Shown: one piece after another, positions 1 to 13,216 of the stretch | Layout: every line of letters starts with the position of its first letter | How positions within the stretch are numbered: position 1 is the first letter of the stretch | Source of the DNA: Gnetum montanum | Taxonomy: Eukaryota; Plantae; Gnetophyta | Reading direction: 5' to 3' | Length of the DNA stretch: 64,000 nt | Assembly: GCA_015680685.1 (NCBI GenBank) | Contig: MNCI01003374.1 | Location: forward strand, 124,001 to 188,000 | The notes under the pieces: generated by a model | What the model was told of the DNA's origin: nothing | The model's input: only the letters and a program-made list of their open reading frames with translations | Databases searched by the model: none | Made by a program: the position numbers and the translations under genes

Positions 1-1309
1 GTTCGTTTTTGTTTGCTGACTGCTGGAATTAAAGTTAATCCGATGTGCACATAACATTGCTTGCCATTCTCTAGCAAGAGGCCAGCATTTGACTTAGCCC
101 ATTGGCTGGCATTTTGTAACCTTTCTATTGGTAAACATGTGCAAATTTGTTTTTTTTTTTTTACATCTTGCTGTTTTTCTGTTCCTCTATATACTTATTC
201 TTTTATTTTTTTAAAAAAGGTTTTGGCTTTGAAACCTTATGCATTGTAATGCAACTACTTGCACAGCACTTGGGAACTGGACATTTCATGATAAAAGTGA
301 TCATTGTTTCAGCAGATACGTTACGTGTAGGTGAATTGATCTTTGTCTCATTATCGGAATTGATACTGGTTTTGTGTAGGCACATATTGTGCATGTTAGG
401 CCAACACTCTTGTTCTCAGTTAAGTATTTCATATAATGGTGATTTCATGCTTTGTGTGATGTTTTTAAAATGAATTTCTGTACCATCATGTGTTTCAGCA
501 CTGCAACAATGACTTTTTTGGTCATGTTCAAAACTGCTAGATAGCTTTCATCATCATAGTGCTTTTATCTCATCAACATAGGCTAACTCATTACCTAATG
601 CTCGTGGACGTTTATTTTTGTTATACGTCCTCGAGGTGGGATGTATCTCAACATAACTCTGGAAATTGAACTTATGACTTGCAAACCACAAGACACCTAC
701 TGTAACCAATGGATCTAGGTTTCTAGATAGCTTTGATATTATTAAATAGTTATAAGAACATACCTAGGATTTTTTAGATTGGTTGCATGTATTATGGATC
801 CTTGATCATATTTTGTAGTTGATGTCTTAGATATCAGGGAATCACTTTGGAGCATTGGATACTGATTTTGTTTCATTGGCTAAGTTGCTAAGAACATGGT
901 AAGGTTCACTCTAAATCCAAATTTTAGAATCAAAATTATTTTCTTTATTTGTTAAAATAAATGTTTTAAAAGTTGGGAAATTGCTTTTAATGGAAACAAG
1001 AGAGTTGGGAAAAGTCGGCAAGTTAAATGAGGTGGTAAAGAAAGTCAAATGAATCAGATTGAAAAACATGGATTTTGTATGAAAAATACTGAGAAGAAAA
1101 AGTTGGCCCAACCACTTGGGCTGGCTTGCATTTTAGTGTGGTGACTAATCATTAGATTGACAATCAGTTGCTAGTTTGGAACACTGGTTAAAATATTCTT
1201 AACTTCAAATTTTAATTATTAAAGATGTAGACCATCTATTTGTTTTGGTTGAAGACTTATGTAGTTTTATATGTTTTTTTTTTCTGACAAGGACATCACC
1301 CATCCCTTA

Positions 1310-2341
1310 TGTAAACCTCAAGACATTGTTGTGTGTGCTTCTTGCTTATGTGTGTTGCCTTTTGTGTCTTGAGGAGTTCAGGATACATTCAGGATGTTCT
1401 GGGACTTTTGGGAGCTTGTTGGAGGCGTTTGGGACTTCAACTGGGACATCTTATTGTGTTGGACCCTGCCTGGAAAGATGTCTTCTCCTGGCAAAAGACA
1501 TCTTCCCAGTTTGAAAGATGTGTTCTGTGACAGCTTGGCTCTTGGGAAAGATGTCTTCCTTGATGTCTTCTTTGCATCCTTGCTACATTTGGGAAAGATG
1601 TCTCCTCCTTGGCAAAGATGTCTTCTTTGGCAGGGAGATGTTCTATTGTACAGATTCCAACAGACACCAAATTGTAATTTTGATTACTAGGGGAGACGAA
1701 GTATCACTCAAGAAAGTATAAATAAGTGTCAAAGGCCTGACATTGGGCAAGAGTGTAAGAGAGTGGCAGAAGTTGGAAGGGAGAAGAGTGCAGGTGAGGG
1801 AGAGCTTGTGTTAGGACAATTGTGTCCAATTGAGTGAGAGGCAAGAGTGAGGCACTTGAGAGAGGATGAGAAATCTGTCTTGAGCTTTGTGCTCTAAGTA
1901 TGAGCAATTGAGGGATTGAGAGGGGACATGTGTGGCCTCTAATATCCTTGGGAGGTTTGAGTTAAGCTTGGCCCCTCATCTTTGAAGTATTTTTCCATTT
2001 TGAGAGTGGTTTAATAAAGGGAGATCTTCTCCATTTCTTTGTGTTTTTGTTTTCTAAGCTAATTTTGCTTGGAAAGATTGTGGAATTGGTCCTTTTAGGG
2101 TCTATTGGGACAGATCTACATTACTTTCATCTCTAATGTTTTCCTGAAATAAACTTTTATCTGCTTCATGATGTCATGTAACTTTGTAGATTGTCATCCA
2201 ATGTCTTTTTTGGTTACCTGTTTGTCAGTTGTCAGTTCTGTTCTGTTGAATCACAGGACTCCATTGTATAGAGGTTCCGCTTTGGCATAAAAGAAATAAC
2301 CAAATAATCTAAAATAGTCCTCATCTCCTTTCAGAATTACA
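1310..2341 (+). mobile_element. Putative solo LTR
   Basis: TGTAA...TTACA termini, TATAAATA near 1716, AATAAA near 2013, repeated AAGATGTCTT U3-like motifs; flanks cctta/caata match only partly as a TSD. Confidence 0.55.
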
Positions 2342-3706
2342 CAATAACTAAAACACTTGATAACATATCAATTTGAAGGTTATCATTTTCTTGTTCAATT
2401 TATAATCCGAGCTTAAATAGCCTGAAAAGATTGTTTTGACCTAAGTGGTCAAAGCATGCAACTCAGCTAGAGGTTCAACTTACTTGTTAAGTTTTGTAAC
2501 TTGCATCCTCCAAGTCATAGTTTCAATCCCACTTGGTTATGTTGAGGTATATAGACATTGTGCAAAAGATAATGGGTGACTCAATTCGAGTCAGTACAAG
2601 GAAAGTAGTGAGTGGTTACCACATTTTAACGTAATGCTCGTCATTAATTGCCCTATTTAATGCTTCAATGTTTTTATGTGCAGTGTTCTTCTGCATACAA
2701 CATTCCAGGTCTCGTCAGTCTATTGTAAAATCCTTTGTTGAGTCTCATTAAAATTTTCCAACCACATAAAACCGTGTGATTTTAATTGAGCCTAAGTTTA
2801 AAAAATAAAACTTCACTCTAAACTGTCAACTGGTCTTTAATTTCAAATATTGAAATTTCTGCATGTGTTATTGCCAAAATTTTTCTCCTTCTTTTCTGCT
2901 TTTATTATAATAGTTTTTAATCCTCTTCTGTCCAAAGCCTTTCTCCAGAGCTTTATCTGTGTTTACTCTTGTCAGGTTAGGATTGTAACTTCAGCTTATA
3001 AGCAATGTAAATCTGTCTGGTATCAAAGAGAAACATCATGTGATCATATGCTTTGAATCTATCAATATAAAAACCTACATGGATTAAGGAGTTAGTTTTG
3101 AATATATTCACTCTACAATGTCAAACACAGACATGTCTTTCTGTTTCAGCGGATTGTTTTAATTTCATATTCATAATCATCATGGTGCCTGTATCCTATC
3201 AATGTGGCCAAATATTAATGCAGTGCACAATTTTATTAAGATTTTGATAGCTGCTTGTCTCCTTGTTGCCATCCTAAGTGGATATTTTTTTGCCATCCTA
3301 CAAGGTGGCATGTGTCTGAAGTGAAACTCCAACCAGCAATTCATTGGTCGGCAAACTAATAGAATACCAATTAAGTTACAAAATCACTGGCATTTGATAT
3401 TTTTTATTTCATCTTTAATATTGCATGGACAGTGACTTGTTTTAACCAGCTATGGACAGTGACTTTTATTTCGTTGGCACTCTATGTATTTATGATTTGA
3501 ACAGCACGTGACATGTCCACAGCTGTCAAATAAAGTATGGACAGTGGCTTTTGTTTCATAACACCTTAACCAGCTACGTACTATTCTATCAGAAGGCCAC
3601 TGGTGCTACGCACTTTATAAAAACTATTAAAAATATGTAACCAAATTAATGACCATTTTCAGGTATCGAGAAGCTAGTTGTTCTGATTTATTTTGATTTT
3701 TCTTAG

Positions 3707-3768
3707 GTACCTTCAGGAAGTTCAAAGAAAAGTTGGTGGCACAGAATACTTCAACTGTTCCAGCCAAG
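3707..3768 (+). CDS. TFCB: Tubulin-folding cofactor B, internal exon (first visible in window)
   Basis: ttag|GT...AAG|gtattt; translates (G)TFRKFKEKLVAQNTSTVPAK, matching plant TFCB 'SFRKFKEK..SQNP' region. Upstream exons not found in the window. Confidence 0.9.
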
Positions 3769-5384
3769 GTATTTTGAATTAACAATAATGATTTTTTTCT
3801 CCAAATAATGTACAAATTTTAATAAAATTTAAACTTTTACTTCATGAAAAGGGCCAAAAGCGTCATGCTTTCACTAGTAGTGTGTTATAACTGTTAAGGT
3901 TGTATGAAGGTTACTATGGTGGAAGGGTCAGACCTTCCTTACAGAGGGATTCTAACCATAAAGGTCACCTGATTTTTGGTGATAACTATGGTAAGATGAT
4001 AGCTGGTCTGATCAATATTGCAGTTGGCACCTTTTTAGGAAGGTCATTTAGCATAACCATAGAGGCTACCAGAGTGCTGCCAATAACTATGACGGGAATA
4101 AGGTACTTTGTACATAAGGCTAGTCGGGGATTTGAAATGATTAAGCTGGAAGTTTCTGGAGAAAGAGTTCCAACGTCTCCAAAAATAATCTAGCACAGCC
4201 ACATGCTATTGTCGAAGTTGTATTGCCTGCTTGTTTAAACTTTGGAGACATATCATTGCATCTTAAACCTTCTGAAACATATCGAAGGCTGAGACTACTT
4301 TAGAGACGAAGGGCAACAATCATTAACATTCCTAAACCACTATGAATACATTGTATGAGGACATAGCTAGTTTGCTTCATCACCTGAGGCTGCACCTCCT
4401 ACGATATCTCATATCGCAATGGCCTACATGTTAAGTCATTTTCCTATTCCTTTTACATTAGCATCCTCTGATTCTTATTTTGTAAATTTTATGTGGTGTA
4501 TGATTCCTATGGTTTAACATATGCCTATTTGTAAACAATATGATATCGGAATGTTAAGGTGCTGCTTGTCTAAAATAAAGGCTGCATGTTGGAATAGTCA
4601 TAAAAGCCTACACAGTATATTGAGTGTGTGTGGAAGAGGAATCAATACCAATCCTACTTATCCTTGCTAATGAACAAAGAAAAATCAAATTTAGTAGCCA
4701 AGTATTGAAGACAAAATTGAAGGTGAGTTGAGAGTTTCAATCCAATTAATAGGAAACAATCAACGAGGCTGTAGCTTAATTGGTAACTTGATAGTTTGTG
4801 AGCCAATAAATTATTAGTTTGATCTATAACTGAAGAATTGTTATACATATGTTTGACGAAATTGGTTGTATTCCTGGGGGCATATAGTCAGTGGCTAAGG
4901 GAGCCATGCTTAGATGAGATTTTCCCACATCTACGGGACTTTTCCACAAATATACCTGAGATTTTTTCCGAGGTGTAGCTACCAGATTTATTATGGCCAG
5001 TTTGTTGAACTACCAAAATTGAAACTGGACTGTTTTATTATATCCATCTTAAGACTTCAGGGATTGGATCGAGCTCAGTTTCAGCCATTATCTTTTGCAT
5101 GAAATCCTAAATTTTTTTCATGAAGGAAAACATCAAGTTTTGAAACTTAAGAATCTTTCTTTATAGCAATGTCTGTTGAATCCAAACTGCAGGCATAACT
5201 TTATTTACTTGTAAACTTGGAGGAGATAGTAAATATTATATTGCAAAACTGTAAATAAGGTTAGTTGGGTTGCAATGGGTGCCAGGAAAAATCACTAGTT
5301 GCTGTGTAGCTGATGTGGGAACTAGTCACCACCTGTTTAAACATTGATCTGTGGGTTATGCAAAATAATTTAGCACAAGGATTA

Positions 5385-5579
5385 TTTTTTTTTTTTTGAG
5401 AAGAGTTCGGGATTTTATTAGAAAAATAAACATGTGTACATACGGGATCTGCACACCTGTCAGTCAGCAGTCACGGGCAGGGACCATCCTGACAGACCCA
5501 GCAGGGTCCACAGGTGCCTTCACCCCAAAACAGCCACCTCTGCTGAAGATTGCCATCCACCCCAAAACAAGGTCCCAAA
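5385..5579 (-). mobile_element. Short 5'-truncated LINE (3' end only), same 3' terminus as LINE at 12752
   Basis: Poly-T run 5385-5397; TSD ACAAGGATTA(T) at 5375 and 5580; terminal 45 nt resemble 12762-12810. Confidence 0.85.
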
Positions 5580-5823
5580 ACAAGGATTATAAAGATCTGC
5601 TTTCTTGTAATATTTTACTTTTCATATATAATAGAAATCTAATGTAATATTTTAGATTTCCCCTAGTGATATAGTTATTGTTTCAGGAAAAAATCAATTA
5701 ATCAGTTCCTCCAGCATAGAACTGTTGTCTATTTATGAAATGCATTAGTCATTCGGTTATTTGTATTGATTTCTTAAGTGACTTCTTTAACGTAGTCTTT
5801 TCTTCGTGTGTTATCATATTCAG

Positions 5824-5865
5824 GTCTCAGATGATTTTATGCGAGAAATGGCTGGAAATATTAAA
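5824..5865 (+). CDS. TFCB: Tubulin-folding cofactor B, 42-nt exon
   Basis: tcag|GTC...AAA|gtaagt; VSDDFMREMAGNIK, matches plant TFCB '..ENYMEDLCANIK'; phase 0 on both sides. Confidence 0.9.
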
Positions 5866-6921
5866 GTAAGTAGTCATCAGATCTATACTAGAATGTTACA
5901 TGTATTCAATATTTTTAATATTGAGTGTAAATTTTGTTTCACATGCTTAATATTTTACTTTTGAGCGTAAATTTTATTTCACGTGCTCAAGAAAATTCAG
6001 TTTGTTTGCTTTCCGCCTTGTCATTTTGTCATAAGTGAGAGCAGAAGAATAACTTTTGTAATGCTAGCATTATAAGCTAAGGAATTTCGTCTTAGTTTGA
6101 TTCATTGTTTCAAATTTATTTTAGAAGTTTGGAGTGGATGCAAATAAGATAGAATAAAGGGTTAAAGTTCTTTCTCCATATATTTTTTTAATCAAAATTG
6201 AAAACTAAATGCACAAAATCTAAATATATTTACAGACAAGGGCAGTAGTACGTATCTGTGATATGATGTGTGCTATATCAAACTATTTTATAGCAGGGCA
6301 CACTTTTATGTACATGAGTTATTTCAGCATATCTAAAAATTGTCGCAATCCATTTAAGCATACTCCTATTTAATTAATTGATGTTGTATTTTTAATGTCC
6401 TTTCCATTTATATTCTGGAATTCTTATTAGATCTTTGTCAAATCATATCATATGTCCCTTATTTTAGCTTCGTATGTCTTGGTCACCTCAGTTTCATCTT
6501 TCTGGCCTCATAGTTATGGTGTCAAAACAAAACTATGTTGGGGCAGCAGCAACAAGTTTGCTGGAGTAGTTACAAAACTAGAGCGATGAATACTGTAGCT
6601 GCAATGCCTTTTTCAGTAATTTGTTTGACTATTTAGACTCAGTTGTGCTTGAGCAGAGTGTGGAAAACTTTCATTTTGAGACCACAATTTTGTAGATCGT
6701 AGAGGAATGTAAATTTGAACCATTTGGTTTATGATATGCAAATGTTACATTTATGCTTTTAGATTCAAGAATATCGCACTCCACATTAATTTCAATGCTT
6801 TGTGATAGTTCCTGTTTTATGTGAACGTAATATGCTGTTTTGTTTCGAGATATTGCTATAGAATTAATGGAGCTTGGACAAAGGTATGGGTATATAAGCT
6901 ACAAAGGATTTTGAGAAGGGC

Positions 6922-6996
6922 TTTTGTTTACAGCTCAGTGGTTAAGCTATTGTTTTCCCTTCACATAGACCCGTGTTTAAATCCCTGTACTGTCAC
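6922..6996 (+). mobile_element. tRNA-derived SINE or tRNA pseudogene remnant
   Basis: A-box-like CAGCTCAGTGG (6931) and B-box-like GTTTAAATCC (6975) at tRNA spacing. Confidence 0.5.
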
Positions 6997-7002
6997 TTCT
7001 AG

Positions 7003-7820
7003 TTTTTTTTTTAATTTGGAAAAAGGTTGGCTTAGATCAAATAAGAAAATAATATGTATAATCAAGATGGCAGGGTCAGAAGATCCTCCCCTGCCCAAGG
7101 AGGCCAAAATCTAGAAAATAAGGGAGAAACACCCCCGGCCAACGCATGGGAGAAGCACCTCCAGAAGACAACAGACCACAAAAACAGGGAAAACTACCCC
7201 TTGTAAGCACAAAACAAAGAATGCACAATCAGAAAAACAGAATGGCCCACTCAAGTGATGCTCATTGCGAAATGACCTATTCTATTGGGACCACCTGAAG
7301 ACTAGTCAGAACCGAGAAACACTGAACAAGAAACAAACAACATATGGCCCTAACAAGAGAAACAAAGAGCCAATCATAGGCAGTAGGGGCCCCTCAGTTA
7401 TGGTGGGGCAATCGGGAATAGGCACACCTAGGTTGCACCCTAGAGTGGATTCTATCCAGGATCTCCTACTGGTGCTGGGAGGCCATAAAAGCAACAGCCT
7501 ATTGAAACTTTAGGAACTCTTCTTCCTTGCTTCGCCTTTCCTTAGGAGGTTTGTTCTTCGTTTTCTTAGGGTGAAATTCTGAAGCAACAGAATGAATGTA
7601 GTAGTGCAGAGCTGTCCATGCCATGCTCTTGTTGATATTCATAATCACATAGTGACATTGCCCTTCTTGGAGCCAACGTCTAGCATGCAAATCATGGGCG
7701 TAGTCCAAACGGGCAGTCATTTGTTGCTCTTCTGGGAGAGCTCTAACTCATTGTTCCTCAGCCACTTTTGCTTGGATCTATACATGCAATACTCAAACAA
7801 TGCATTTCATGTTAAGAATT
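7003..7820 (-). mobile_element. 5'-truncated LINE encoding a degenerate coiled-coil + J-domain region
   Basis: Poly-T at 7003-7012; minus-strand ORF 7499-7720 plus read-through (LDYAHDLHARRWLQEGQCHYVIMNI...YIHSVASEFHPK...FLKFQ*AVAFM) aligns with the J-domain region of the LINE at 13217-13490. 5' boundary approximate. Confidence 0.8.
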
Positions 7821-10800
7821 TATAGTACTTTCTATAGCCAACCTTTTAAAAATGTTACTAAAACTTTTGTCCCTTTTCAACTCTAAAGATAACTGCTAGA
7901 CTTGCATTAACAACTAATAAGTGCTTGACTTATCATAACAATGTCGTGATGGTGATAGATTATAGAATTTTGGTATTTCCTTTAGGATAAGGACTTCCCC
8001 TTACCTTGATATTTATTCTAAAGGAACTTCAATATTCTATAATACAGTTATCAATAATTCAATAATTCATAATATGCAACTAAAGTTTACAATGCTTCAA
8101 ATATCGTTAAAAGAAACATGAACAATAAAGCGTTGTCATGACTAGTTGTTTTAACTATACGTCAAAATATTCGTTAAGGGTTTAAATTCCTACAAGGAGA
8201 TGAAAGGGTGATGATTGGTATTTTTAAGCAAAATGGGCTTCCTATGTAGAAAATGGATTATAATACACCTGTTTTGCTGTTGTGTCAAAGAAGGTCACTC
8301 AACATAACTCATATCAAGGAATGGGAAATGACTATTGCTTTCCTTTATTCTAAGGCAGATTAGTCTCTAATTTAAAATTTGAGAGGAAGGAAAATGTAGA
8401 TGTAAATAACAAATATGAATCAAGGATAGAATCACTACCATGATCTATAAGGAAAAATTAGTTTTTAATTAGGTAACAGTAGAATTTGATTTTAAAGTTC
8501 AAACTTAGGTCTAGTTCATGTGATTATTTATTATAGGTAACAATGATGTTAGAAATAATTTTGGTTTTGGCTAAGAGGCCAATTACTAGTTGACAAAAGA
8601 GGAGTATACCTGGTCACAGTAAATAAATTTTTTTGGTCATAATGGCAAGGGTGAGCTTTTTGGTCATGATAAATAATGTTTTTTAGTTTTAGCTAAGAGG
8701 TCAATTACTAGTTGGTTAGACTTTGTCAATAATTATGGTCATAAGCATCAACAGATGAACTTTTCTTTTCTTTTTTGATGTGTGTAAACCAACAAAAATC
8801 AATACAAAATTTCAAGTTGAACAACTGCCACGGCAAGAATTGTTTAACATTGCTTTTGATTTTTTTCAAGATGAAAATATTCTGCATTAAAAAGTAAGAG
8901 TTTTATTGCTAGTGAATCCATTTTGGGATTTCATTAATTTGAAAAAGACAAAGATTCTCTTGGCCAATAATAGATATACAAGGATCATCATCACCTGGAG
9001 CCATAGTGCTCATCCTGCTAAGCAGGGTTCCAAGAGGGTTGGTAGATGAGTGAAAGCCTAACCTTTTCAAGTAGGCACACCTAGGCTCAAACGTAGGTCT
9101 TCCATAAGCTACTTGTAATGTTCATGTTTTTAATTGGAATTAGGTGTAAACTTGTCATACAACAGTATGATGTAATCATTGTAATTAAATACCTCTTAAT
9201 AAATGAGCACTTTGTTATGAGGAGATGTGACGCTTTGTGGTACCCTTTGGGGATTTGACTTGAGGTATTAAAGGCCAGTAACCAAGGTCATGCCAATAGG
9301 GACTTGTGGTGCTAGTAATGATAAGTAACGAAAGCTGGTTGAAATAGGACTATAAGGGACTAATCACCCCTTCAATTAGGTTTGACCTAACCATCATGGC
9401 AGTGATGGATTGCCTATAAGGGATTTAGGACCTTAAGAAGACAATCCTCGAAGCCACCTACTAAAATTTTTATTCACTTTCCTTCTTATTCATAAAGTAT
9501 TATTTTCTTTTCCTTTATTCAATGTTCAAGCATGAGTGTATTGTTAATTCGAAGTGTTATTAAGCATGAGAAATAAGCATTTCTTTGACATCTTGGAATA
9601 GGATGTCGCAAGGGAAATTAGAGCCAAACTGTGATTCCCAAAAAGGAAGTTGTCCTAAAATTAAGTTAAAATATGAAGTATATCAGAGAAACATTAAATG
9701 AAGGAAATACAAATAAGGAATTAATAATAAAAACAAGAGTGCTAAAGCATGATCCCTTAATGATAGAGCAACTGATTCATGATCTGGACTTGGTGGCACA
9801 TTCCTACTTAGTGACATTGGGATGCTAAAACATGTCTCAGCACCTGGTTAAGCTTTCAGAAAGATGAAAGCAATGTTGAGCTGTTTTTCTATTTGTGGCA
9901 TGAGCATCTTGAAGTTCAGAAGCATTATTCTCTAGTTCATGAATTTGACATTCATATACTTTGGCATCTAGTTTTAAACTTTTTACCTTTTTATGAAAGG
10001 AAAAAGATCAAAGAGAAGAAGAGATTAATGAAGTGAGAGAATTGGATAAATTGAGGAGAGAGAAGAATCTACGTATGCCTGAAGGCTATCCTTTTCAATT
10101 TGAAGAAGACATCAAGAATTTTAAAGGTGACGTGCCAAGAAACCAGAGCTTTGAAATTCTCCCAGGATTCTCTTGAAACTCTTTGAGGTCTAAGGATATT
10201 GTTTGGGATGGGGTAAAGGAAAGAAATTTCCCCACTGTGAACAATTTGAAAATCATGCTCAAATTTGCACCATGAGAAAGTGCAGGTTGAAAATTTCTTT
10301 TTGAAGGCATTTGGTTTACATTGCAAGACTTCATCTTATGAATGGTGAAGCACTACCAACTCTTATTCCGCTCCATGTATAACATGACTAAGCGAAATAT
10401 GAGTATCTCTAATAATAATGGTCATGATGGGAGCAAGGGTATTAGTTTCGGTAATCTGAGCATTGACCGAGAATGGAATAGGTATTTCTGTAGGTGAAAA
10501 TCTTGAAGAAGCAAGATTACTTCGAGAGGTTTTAAGGGAGAACTAGGTAAAGAAGTACTTTCTCTCACATTTCTATCCTTAGCTCCCATGGTTTTAATGA
10601 TGGTTAGTCTTTCTATTTTGTTTGATACGTATCCAAATCCTGAAGACTCCGACTATGTGAAGAGTAAGGAAACATTAGTATATAGGGAGAACAAGGGCAT
10701 ATAACATATAATGAAAATAATTACTAGAGCCTCCTAGTATGTTTTTGTGAATTTTTGAAGCAGAATTTTCCCTCGTGAAGGAAGATTATTCTTTCTTGGA

Positions 10801-12209
10801 GGAAGTAGTTGTTTTCCTAGGTTTCTAAAAACAATTATAAAGTTCAGATTTTAGGATAAAATAAGAATCGCAAATAGGCAAATAAATAAATTAATAAACC
10901 TTTTTTGGGATAGTGTTTGGACTTTCTAGCTGACCAGATGAGCAACATTTTGCAGCCTCTGCCCACGGATTTTCTTCGGAACCTGCAGTCCGTATCCTAG
11001 ATTCTTTTCAGAAGTCTGAATCACAGAAGCTGTGGTGGTTATGGTATGCTACTAAGAGTTCAGTAGCCAATATATAACAGAATGCAATAAATTAGAATTA
11101 TTACTTGTGAAATTAAGGGAAGTAGAATAGCTCTTCATTGCTACCCATGCCTTTAAGGTGTTGTAATTTTATAATATTTTCTTGACTCTTTTTCAAACTC
11201 CTGATCCTACCTTGTATGTGATATTCATCCTCAAGGTATTCTTTCGATATCAGAACAATTTCACAGAAGTGTAGGAACTTTAAACTGTGGAAACACATGA
11301 TTAAGGACATAAATACTGGGGCTTGATATGCAGGATGATGTTAGATTGAGGACAGTGATTCTAGGAATCTAAGCAACTAAGAATAACATGAATGGGTCCA
11401 GTTATATTGTCTTCCTAATCTTGCACCATGGAGAAGGATCATATGGAAAGTTGAAACTGTATAAGTATCACTACTCCAAAGGATCTCATGGATAAGAAAG
11501 AAGCAAATATTAAATTCCTTTTAATTATTGAAATATTCTTGTTTAAAGCCATGCTCAGGGATGCTATGAGTGTTCAAATAGTTCATTTATACAGAATTGA
11601 TGGAATTTTAAAAAATAGTGATAAGGAATTAAAGGATTGTTCTTGTTATGAAAACCCAAATAGTTTCTAATCATTTCAAGTGTGCTAGTTACTGGACTCT
11701 CATTATCACAATTGAAAACTAGCTGTCTAGCGTTACTACCAATTGAATTATAAAAGCTACTTCATACCCATGAAGTGCAAGTGGCCCATGTTGAAATCAG
11801 GAAAATTTAACAAACGCGTGAAAAGGAAATCTTGTAAATATTGATATACAGAATCCTCTAATAAAGATTGAACCTGCAAAATAGTCTCAATTAAGTGATT
11901 TTGTCTCCAACTAAGAAGAGGAAATGGTCTACTTGTGGGGGTTGAGGGTTGATTCTTTGTAGAAGGCTGAGTTTGAGTTGATTACGATCCAAAAGCCATG
12001 ATAAATAATGTCAAGAAAAATGCTTGAGTGATTTGCGTAGAATTAGCCTGCCCATTGGAAGTCTTGTGCTCAATTATTGTTCAAAATAAGAAGGGAAGGT
12101 CTTTATTTATAGTGTTCTAGGGTTCTAAATTTGCAAGAAAAGTTGATAGTTAACAAATAACTAACTTTTAGTTAATTGTTAGTTATAATTAGTCATAAAT
12201 GATCACAAT

Positions 12210-12303
12210 GAGGTGTTCGCTTAGCGGTAAGAGCCTTGGTTGGGTAACTCCAAGTTACATGTTCAATTCCAGTAGGCAGCATTGAGTTATATATTTAAAA
12301 AAA
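12210..12303 (+). mobile_element. tRNA-derived SINE; degenerate relatives near 2505-2553 and 32060-32143
   Basis: A-box-like CGCTTAGCGGT, B-box GTTCAATTCC (12261), shared body CTCCAAGTTA...TTGAGTTATA, A-rich tail. Confidence 0.55.
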
Positions 12304-12850
12304 CAAATAATTCTATAAAAGGAATTCTGAAATTGGTCCTATAGATCCAAGGGTCTTAGTGGATTCAAGTAAAAATTTAGTTTCAATTTAAGATTTTTTT
12401 TGTCAGCTAACTTTCCTTTTTACTTTATAATAGAATATTTTCTAAATTACATAAAGTTAACTTCAATAAATAGGTATGCAACCAGTTGTAACATGTTCTA
12501 TTATATGAATAGTGTTGATGTCTTAGCATAGTGTCTACTATAAGAGTCTAACACTTCATCCTTTCATTTCCTTGTAAAGGTCTCATGCAAGTATATCAGA
12601 AATGTGGAAAGAAGATGAAGGAGCAGTTTGAACTAAGAGTTTCCAAGATGCCTCCAAGGAATGAGAATCATAGGGTTATTCAGAATGGTCATGACGAGGT
12701 CCATGAAGAAGTATCATTGAATAATAGGCCTCAATCCCAAGCTCATAAACCTTTTTTTTTTTTTGAGAAAGTGTTCGAGATTCTATTAGAAAATAGTGAA
12801 AGTATGTTACATGAAATTACAACAGGGGGGTCACCAGTGGTGGCCGCACC

Positions 12851-12936
12851 GAGGGGGAAGGATCCCCCAATCGCTCACAGCATCTCACCCAGNCTGAGGG
12901 GGAAAGATCCCCGATCGCTCACGGCATCTCACCCAG
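12851..12936. repeat. Two-copy ~45-bp tandem repeat in LINE 3' UTR
   Basis: GAGGGGGAAGGATCCCCCAATCGCTCACAGCATCTCACCCAG repeated with few changes. Confidence 0.85.
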
Positions 12937-13216
12937 GCCGCCCGGCCGAGGGTAGAGAGCCACGAGAAGAAATCAAAAAGCACTAATCACCAAAGAGANN
13001 NNNNNNNNNNNNNNNNNNNNNNNNNNNNNNNNNNNNNNNNNNNNNNNNNNNNNNNNNNNNNNNNNNNNNNNNNNNNNNNNNNNNNNNNNNNNNNNNNNNN
13101 NNNNNNNNNNNNNNNNNNNNNNNNNNNNNNNNNNNNNNNNNNNNNNNNNNNNNNNNNNNNNNNNNNNNNNNNNNNNNNNNNNNNNNNNNNNNNNNNNNNN
13201 NNNNNNNNNNNNNNNN

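Noticed and set aside
1470-1645. CRISPR-like repeat array
   Set aside because: Eukaryotic context, short irregular repeats, no unique spacers of constant length and no cas genes.
61-3650. Short ORFs and a search for upstream TFCB exons
   Set aside because: AT-rich intron-like sequence; no TFCB ubiquitin-like domain peptide found, so the 5' exons probably lie before the window.
8985-9110. Faint resemblance to a reversed Au-type SINE
   Set aside because: Too degenerate to support without an alignment.
9226-9610. Possible short solo LTR (TGTGAC...GTCGCA)
   Set aside because: Flanks ggaga/aggga do not form a clean TSD and there is no second copy.
9600-12200. Candidate 5' LTR of the Tekay element or degraded coding sequence
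   Set aside because: No visible similarity to the 3' LTR and no recognisable protein motifs; left unannotated.
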